Positions 58,711-64,000 of a stretch of DNA of 64,000 nucleotides are shown here, in pieces. A program made the translations under genes and the position numbers. How positions within the stretch are numbered: position 1 is the stretch's first letter; every line of letters begins with the position of its first letter. Source of the DNA: an uncultured candidate division Zixibacteria bacterium (GTDB lineage: Bacteria > Zixibacteria > MSB-5A5 > GN15 > FEB-12); NCBI GenBank assembly GCA_963735035.1, contig CAVTJJ010000004.1, forward strand, positions 1,472,001-1,536,000, written 5' to 3'. Under the pieces are notes generated by a model. It worked only from the letters and a program-made list of their open reading frames with translations. It was not told the origin of the DNA and did no database searches.

Positions 58711-59169
58711 ATGGATAACACCAGCAATCCCATCACCCAGCTTGAGCAGACCCTTCTTCGGATTCTCAAAGAAGAATACACCTTCTATCAGTCGCTCTAT
58801 ATACTCCTGGACAAACAGAAGGACCTGATCAAGTTCGACCGTGACGAGAACTTGCTCGATCTGTACGCCGAGATCGAACGATGTCAGAGACGGATTCGGG
58901 AATCCGAAGAAAAAGTGACCGCTATCCGCGAACAGAACACGCGACTTTTCAAGCTGGCCTCGGTCTATCCGGAAATCCGTAAGACCGTCAACTCGATTGT
59001 CACTCTGATTAAGAAGAATCTTACGTTAGTTGAAGATAACAAGGAATACGTTGCCAGTCGTCATAAACGCATCAAGACCGAACTTGACGAACTGAGAAGC
59101 AGTCGGAAGATATTGCAGTACATGGCCGACGTCGATCCCTTACCGCATTTCATCGACGGCCAGAAGTAG
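58711..59169 (+). CDS. Coiled-coil protein, FlgN/FliT-like export chaperone
   Basis: Helical 152-aa protein directly after fliS; assignment rests mainly on position. Confidence 0.5.
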   Translation: MDNTSNPITQLEQTLLRILKEEYTFYQSLYILLDKQKDLIKFDRDENLLDLYAEIERCQRRIRESEEKVTAIREQNTRLFKLASVYPEIRKTVNSIVTLIKKNLTLVEDNKEYVASRHKRIKTELDELRSSRKILQYMADVDPLPHFIDGQK

Positions 59170-59196
59170 AATTGGCCGCCGGGGACGCGATCCGGG

Positions 59197-59224
59197 TAAA
59201 GAGTCGGCAGATCACCTCCGATAG
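59197..59224 (+). promoter_or_regulatory. Putative sigma28 promoter of flgM
   Basis: TAAA-N16-TCCGATAG (spacer one base longer than consensus). Confidence 0.45.
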
Positions 59225-59243
59225 GATAGGTATAGGTGATGTT

Positions 59244-59576
59244 ATGGAGATAGGACCTTTGTCAAATCGGACACCAGGACCGAAACCCGGTGGGGCGGAA
59301 AACCGCCGTAAGGGACAACCCGGAGAAACTCCGGATCAATCCCGACCTTCCCCCGACCGGATTGAAATTTCGTTCGAAGCCCGTGCCCGGCTGGCCGAAC
59401 TGGCCGATCAGGAACTGGCCAAAGAAGAAACCGAACCGAAATCGGTCGGGTCCGTGGACGTGCCGAAACAGCAGCGGCTGGAACAGATCAGGGAGCGAAT
59501 TGCCTCGGGTTACTACAATGAACCGGAGGTCAAAGCCAAAATCGTCGATCGCCTGATTGACGGTCTGGATGGCTGA
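59244..59576 (+). CDS. flgM: Anti-sigma28 factor FlgM-like protein
   Basis: DRIEISFEA and RLEQIRERIASGYY motifs; disordered N-terminus. Confidence 0.72.
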   Translation: MEIGPLSNRTPGPKPGGAENRRKGQPGETPDQSRPSPDRIEISFEARARLAELADQELAKEETEPKSVGSVDVPKQQRLEQIRERIASGYYNEPEVKAKIVDRLIDGLDG

Positions 59577-59596
59577 AGTATTCTCAAGGACGGACT

Positions 59597-60481
59597 ATGG
59601 CCACGGCTACAATTGACAACAAGGTAAAGCAGGTAGTTTCCAATATCAGGAACCTGCCCACGCCGCCGATCGTTTTCCATCAGATTCAAAAAGTCATTCA
59701 CGATCCCAAAGTATCGGCCGGGCAGATTGCCAAGATCCTCCAGGAAGATCCGGCCATGTCGGTCAAGGTGCTGAAGCTGACCAACTCAGCCTTCTACGGA
59801 TTACAGCGCGAAATCGAATCGGTCAAGCAGGCTGTCATCATCGTGGGACTGGAAGCTATCAAGAATCTGGTGCTGTCAGCCTCGGTGCTCGACATGTTCA
59901 AGGGCAAAGATATCGACCAGGAATTTCAGGAGAAGTTCTGGCGCCACTCGCTGGCAGTCGGTTTTTGTGCCCGTCTGCTGGCTAAGATGGGACGCGTGCG
60001 TGGCATGCTGGATCCCGATTCAGCCTTCTCCGGCGGCCTTCTGCACGATATAGGCAAAGTCATCATGTGCTGCTTCCTGCAGGCGGAGCACGCGCAGGTT
60101 AAGAAAGAGCGAACTACCGATCAGACTTCGGCCACCTATCTAATCGAAGAACGGGTCCTCGGATACAACCATTGCCAGATCGGCGCCATTCTGGCCGAGC
60201 AGTGGAAACTTCCGCGTCGCCTAACCGATGCCGTCGCGTTCCACCACCATCCTCAGTTGGCCGAAGGCGGAGAGATGACTCCGTACGTCACGCACGTGGC
60301 CAACTACGTCGCCAAGAAGACTTTCTTCGACAGCTATGAGCAGCATCTTATTGGGTCTCTCGAAGCCGGCGTGCTCGACTTTATGCAGCTTACCGAAGCG
60401 GACCTGGACCAACTCGCCGAAAACCTGCGACAGGAATACCTCAAGGCCGAGACCTTCATGCAGATGGTCGGACTCAACTGA
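59597..60481 (+). CDS. HDOD-domain protein
   Basis: LPTPP, DPAMSVKVLKLTNSAFYG, FWRHS, LLHDIGK. Confidence 0.92.
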   Translation: MATATIDNKVKQVVSNIRNLPTPPIVFHQIQKVIHDPKVSAGQIAKILQEDPAMSVKVLKLTNSAFYGLQREIESVKQAVIIVGLEAIKNLVLSASVLDMFKGKDIDQEFQEKFWRHSLAVGFCARLLAKMGRVRGMLDPDSAFSGGLLHDIGKVIMCCFLQAEHAQVKKERTTDQTSATYLIEERVLGYNHCQIGAILAEQWKLPRRLTDAVAFHHHPQLAEGGEMTPYVTHVANYVAKKTFFDSYEQHLIGSLEAGVLDFMQLTEADLDQLAENLRQEYLKAETFMQMVGLN

Positions 60482-60670
60482 TTTGGGTAAACGACGAATG
60501 ATGGAAGCGGCCCCGGAAGACACTTTCCGAGGCCGCTCTTCTTGTGTCATTTTGGCCACTTCGGCCAATTTATCGGTCGAAAATGAAGCGGAAGATGCTA
60601 TTTTCGCCAGGGTCTCTGGCTAACGTCTTTCCCGACATGGGGTTTTGATGCAGGCCGGGGAAGAATTCTG

Positions 60671-60699
60671 TTGACAAATTTGTCGCTTAGGTATAAACT
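60671..60699 (+). promoter_or_regulatory. Sigma70 promoter of the tRNA-Val/thrS operon
   Basis: TTGACA-N17-TAAACT. Confidence 0.75.
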
Positions 60700-60746
60700 T
60701 ATGGTCCCCTCGGAGTCCGTATGGGCCTGAGCACAGATTGTGGTAT

Positions 60747-60823
60747 GGGCGATTAGCTCAGATGGTTAGAGTGCTTGCTTGACATGCAAGAGGTCACTGG
60801 TTCGATTCCAGTATCGCCCACCA
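60747..60823 (+). tRNA. tRNA-Val(GAC)
   Basis: GGGCGAT/ATCGCCC acceptor stem, CTTGC-TTGACAT-GCAAG anticodon arm, encoded CCA. Confidence 0.97.
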
Positions 60824-60902
60824 TTTGAAACCAGCCGCGGGATGTGTGGAACAGCATTCCAGACAACCCGCTTTAGGTATTGGAACGTTAGGTACTAAGA
60901 CG

Positions 60903-62835
60903 ATGGCGAAAGTTCAGATCACATTTCCCGATGGTTCGGTCAAACCGTTCGAATCGGGAACTACCGGCTTGGATATCGCCAAATCTATTTCGCCGCGATT
61001 GGCCAAAGAAGCCATAGCCGTCAAGATCAATGGTGTTGTGCGCGATGTCAGTTTCCCCGTGCCCGAAGATGCCCCGGTGAAGATTCTTACTTTCGATGAT
61101 CCCGAGGGCCGCCAGGTATTCTGGCATTCCAGTTCGCATATCATGGCGCAGGCCGTGCAGGAACTTTTCCCCGGTGTGAAGCTGGCGATCGGCCCGGCTA
61201 TCGACGAAGGCTGGTATTACGATTTTGACGTAGCCCAGCCATTCTCACCAGATGACCTCGCGCGAATTGAAAAGCGGATGGCGGAAATTGTCGAAGAAGA
61301 TGCTCCGTTCCGTTGCACGTCAGGTAACGCGTCAGGAAGCCATCAAGCACTATCGCGAAAAAGGCGAGCCGTACAAAGTCGAGATGCTTGAGGAATTCCC
61401 AGACGACCACGTGACGATGTACTATCAGTCTCGGTTCGAGGACCTCTGTCGCGGGCCGCACATTCCCAGCACCGGAGTGGTCAAGGCGTTCAAGCTGATC
61501 GCGTCGTCCGGCGCTTACTGGCGCGGCGACGAAAAGAAACCGATGCTGCAGCGCATTTACGGCGTGGCCTATCCGAAGAAGCCGATGCTTGAAGAGTATC
61601 TGCTTCGGCTCGAAGAAGCCAAGAAGCGTGACCATCGCCTGATCGGCAAACAACTCGAGTTGTTCCATGTCGCCGACGAAGTCGGCGCCGGGTTGATCCT
61701 CTGGATGCCCAAGGGCGCGCGGATGCGCTATATTATAGAAGAGTTCTGGCGGACCGAACATCTCGCCAACGGCTACGAATTGGTCTTTTCACCGCACATT
61801 GCCAAGCGCGAACTCTGGGATACGAGCGGTCACACCGGTTTCTATGCCGAAAATATGTACGGACCGATGACCATCGACGAGCGGCTGTTCCAGCTCAAGC
61901 CGATGAACTGCCCGTTCCACATTATGATGTACAAGTCGCGGCTCTGGTCGTATCGGGATCTCCCGTTGCGCTGGGCCGAGCTGGGTACTGTCTATCGCTA
62001 CGAACGTCCGGGCGTGCTGCACGGCCTGATGCGCGTGCGCGGCTTCACTCAGGACGACGCCCACCATTTTGTGGCGCGCGATCTAATAGAGGATGAACTC
62101 CACTGGACCCTGACTTTCTGTATTCACATTCTGAATTCGTTCGGGTTTAGTCAGTTCGATATTTACCTCTCCACCCGCCCCGAGGCGGCCATCGGCGACG
62201 ATGCTGATTGGGCGCGCGCCGAGGGTGCTTTGAAGACCGCCTTGGAACGGTCCGGGTTACCTTACAAAGTCGATCCGGGTGAAGGCGTCTTTTATGGGCC
62301 GAAGATCGACATCAAGATCAAAGACTCGATTGGACGATCCTGGCAGTGTTCGACGATTCAGTTCGATTTCAACCTGCCGGAACGTTTCGATCTGGTGTAC
62401 ACCGACCGCGACGGCGAGCGCAAGCGACCGTTCATGGTTCACCGGGCATTGCTCGGTTCCATCGAGCGGTTCTTTGGCGTGATGGTCGAGCACTACGCGG
62501 GGAATTTTCCGCTCTGGCTCGCGCCGGTGCAGGTGGCGGTGTTGCCGATTTCCGATGAAGTGAATGACTACTGCCGTAATATTCTTGATAGACTGAAAGA
62601 ACATGACATTCGGGCACAACTTGATGACCGTGCTGAAAAGATCGGCGCCAAGATCAGGGCTGCCGAAGTCATGAAGATACCGTATATGTTCGTCGTCGGC
62701 GCCAGAGAAGCCGGGGCAGATTCGGTCGCGGTGCGCAAGCACGGGACCGGTGATTTGGGTGTCAAAGTCGTGGAAGACGCCGTAGCCCTGCTGGTAGCCG
62801 AGATAAAAAGCAAAGGCCTTAAGGCGCAGGGCTAA
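60903..62835 (+). CDS. thrS: Threonyl-tRNA synthetase (one extra base near 61311)
   Basis: TGS domain, HSSSHIMA, DLCRGPH, KPMNCP, RVRGFTQDDAH; frames join as EDAPF-VARQVT. Confidence 0.97.
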
Positions 62836-62856
62836 GGCTCTGCCGAGGAGGATGGC

Positions 62857-63522
62857 ATAACCACCAAGAATATCAGGGTCAACGACCGCATCAGAATTTC
62901 GCCGGTTAGGCTTATCGGCGACGACGGCTCGCAGGTCGGTATCGTGCCGATCAAGGAAGCGCTGGACCGGGCCCGGGCTCTGTCTTTGGATCTGGTCGAA
63001 GTCTCGCCGGACAGCCGCCCGCCGGTATGTCGCATCATGGACTACGGCAAGTACAAATACGAGCTGGCGAAAAAGGACAAGATGGCTAAGAAGAAGTCCC
63101 ATTCGTTCCAGCTTAAGGAAATGCGGTTCCGACCCAAAATCGACGAGCATGATTATAACTTCAAGATGAAGCATGTGCGCGAGTTTCTTCTGCAGGGCGC
63201 CAAGGTAAGAGCCTTCGTGCTGTTCCGGGGTCGTGAAATGACCCGACTGGAGTACGGCCAGAAAGTTCTGGAGCGTCTGGGGCAGGACCTCGCCGACATC
63301 GCTATCGTGGATGTCCCCGCCAAGCTTGAAGGCCGGTCGATGGGTATGGTGGTTTCGCCCAGATCCGAAGTTGTTAAGCAGGCCCAGGCGGCTCGCGCTC
63401 AGCGCGCGAAAGAGAGAGGGGTCGATGAAGAAGTGATTATCGCTGAGGAACTTGACGCCGTTGATATCGACACCGATGACATTGACACCGAGCCGGAAGA
63501 AATAGAAGAATCGAATACTTGA
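62857..63522 (+). CDS. infC: Translation initiation factor IF3 (ATA start, acidic C-terminal tail)
   Basis: In-frame RVNDRIR..VRLIG upstream of the called GTG; AGGAGG five nt before ATA; DYGKYKY, FRGRE. Confidence 0.95.
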   Translation: MTTKNIRVNDRIRISPVRLIGDDGSQVGIVPIKEALDRARALSLDLVEVSPDSRPPVCRIMDYGKYKYELAKKDKMAKKKSHSFQLKEMRFRPKIDEHDYNFKMKHVREFLLQGAKVRAFVLFRGREMTRLEYGQKVLERLGQDLADIAIVDVPAKLEGRSMGMVVSPRSEVVKQAQAARAQRAKERGVDEEVIIAEELDAVDIDTDDIDTEPEEIEESNT

Positions 63523-63539
63523 AATAGACGAGGAACCAG

Positions 63540-63743
63540 ATGCCGAAGATGAAAACCAAGCGTGGCGCGGCCAAGCGGTTCAAGCGGACCGCATCGGGCA
63601 AAGTAATGCGCCACCACAACTATAAGGATCACATCCTTACCAAGAAGAGCACGAAACGTAAACGTAAACTACGCAAGGCCAGTGTGGTTGATCACGCCGA
63701 CCGGAAGAGAATGAACCGTTCGCTTCCGTACAAGTCGAAGTAA
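63540..63743 (+). CDS. rpmI: 50S ribosomal protein L35
   Basis: [15 protein letters not shown]...HILTKK. Confidence 0.97.
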   Translation: MPKMKTKRGAAKRFKRTASGKVMRHHNYKDHILTKKSTKRKRKLRKASVVDHADRKRMNRSLPYKSK

Positions 63744-63769
63744 CCGCTGGTTGATAGGAGATATTTGCA

Positions 63770-64000
63770 ATGCCACGCGCAAAAAATAATGTCGCGGCCA
63801 AGCGCCGACACAAGAAGGTACTCAGTCGCGCCCGCGGCAATTTCAACGGTCGGGGCAAGCTGTACAGAACCGCTCTCGAAACCGTCCACAAGGGTCTGAA
63901 ATACGCCTACCGCGATCGTCGCGTCAACAAGCGGAACTTTCGTACTCTCTGGATCACCCGAATTTCGGCGGCCGCCAAGATGTGCGGCACTAATTACTCG
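63770..64000 (+). CDS. rplT: 50S ribosomal protein L20 (3'-truncated by window edge)
   Basis: MPRAKNNVAAKRRHKKVL...YAYRDRR..KRNFRTLWITRI. Confidence 0.96.
   Translation, partial: MPRAKNNVAAKRRHKKVLSRARGNFNGRGKLYRTALETVHKGLKYAYRDRRVNKRNFRTLWITRISAAAKMCGTNYS

Noticed and set aside
60824..60902. T-box riboswitch upstream of thrS
   Set aside because: The interval is too short and no T-box motif is visible.

Overview
This 64-kb bacterial chromosomal window is GC-rich and coded mostly on the + strand. Dockerin-like and cohesin-like secreted proteins and YPNP-type C-terminal sorting domains suggest an FCB-related lineage such as Zixibacteria; that assignment is inferred, not proven. Layout: (1) housekeeping block with an acyl-CoA dehydrogenase, two tandem dockerin-domain paralogues, bioY, ilvE, rpiB, glyA, cutA, nrdR, tatC, tRNA-Gly, a DUF512 gene and der. 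(2) A signalling block of about 12.5 kb joining a partner-switching module (GAF-PP2C, RsbW-like kinase, STAS) to a HEAT-repeat gene and a chemosensory set (receiver, cheR, cheY x2, cheZ, cheA, cheB, with no MCP or cheW in the window), followed by a FleS/FleR-like sigma54 two-component pair. (3) A large flagellar cluster with sigma54 and sigma28 promoter matches and CsrA-type GGA hairpins. (4) tRNA-Val, thrS, infC, rpmI and rplT. Six intergenic regions are mosaics of REP-like palindromes, including a 5x40-bp tandem array that is not CRISPR. Six genes each carry a single extra base, most likely sequencing error. The best candidate novel system is the probably sigma28-driven partner-switch/HEAT/Che operon, whose CheB has Asn in place of the catalytic Asp. 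A conserved tandem enhancer-like motif also precedes both sigma54 flagellar promoters.
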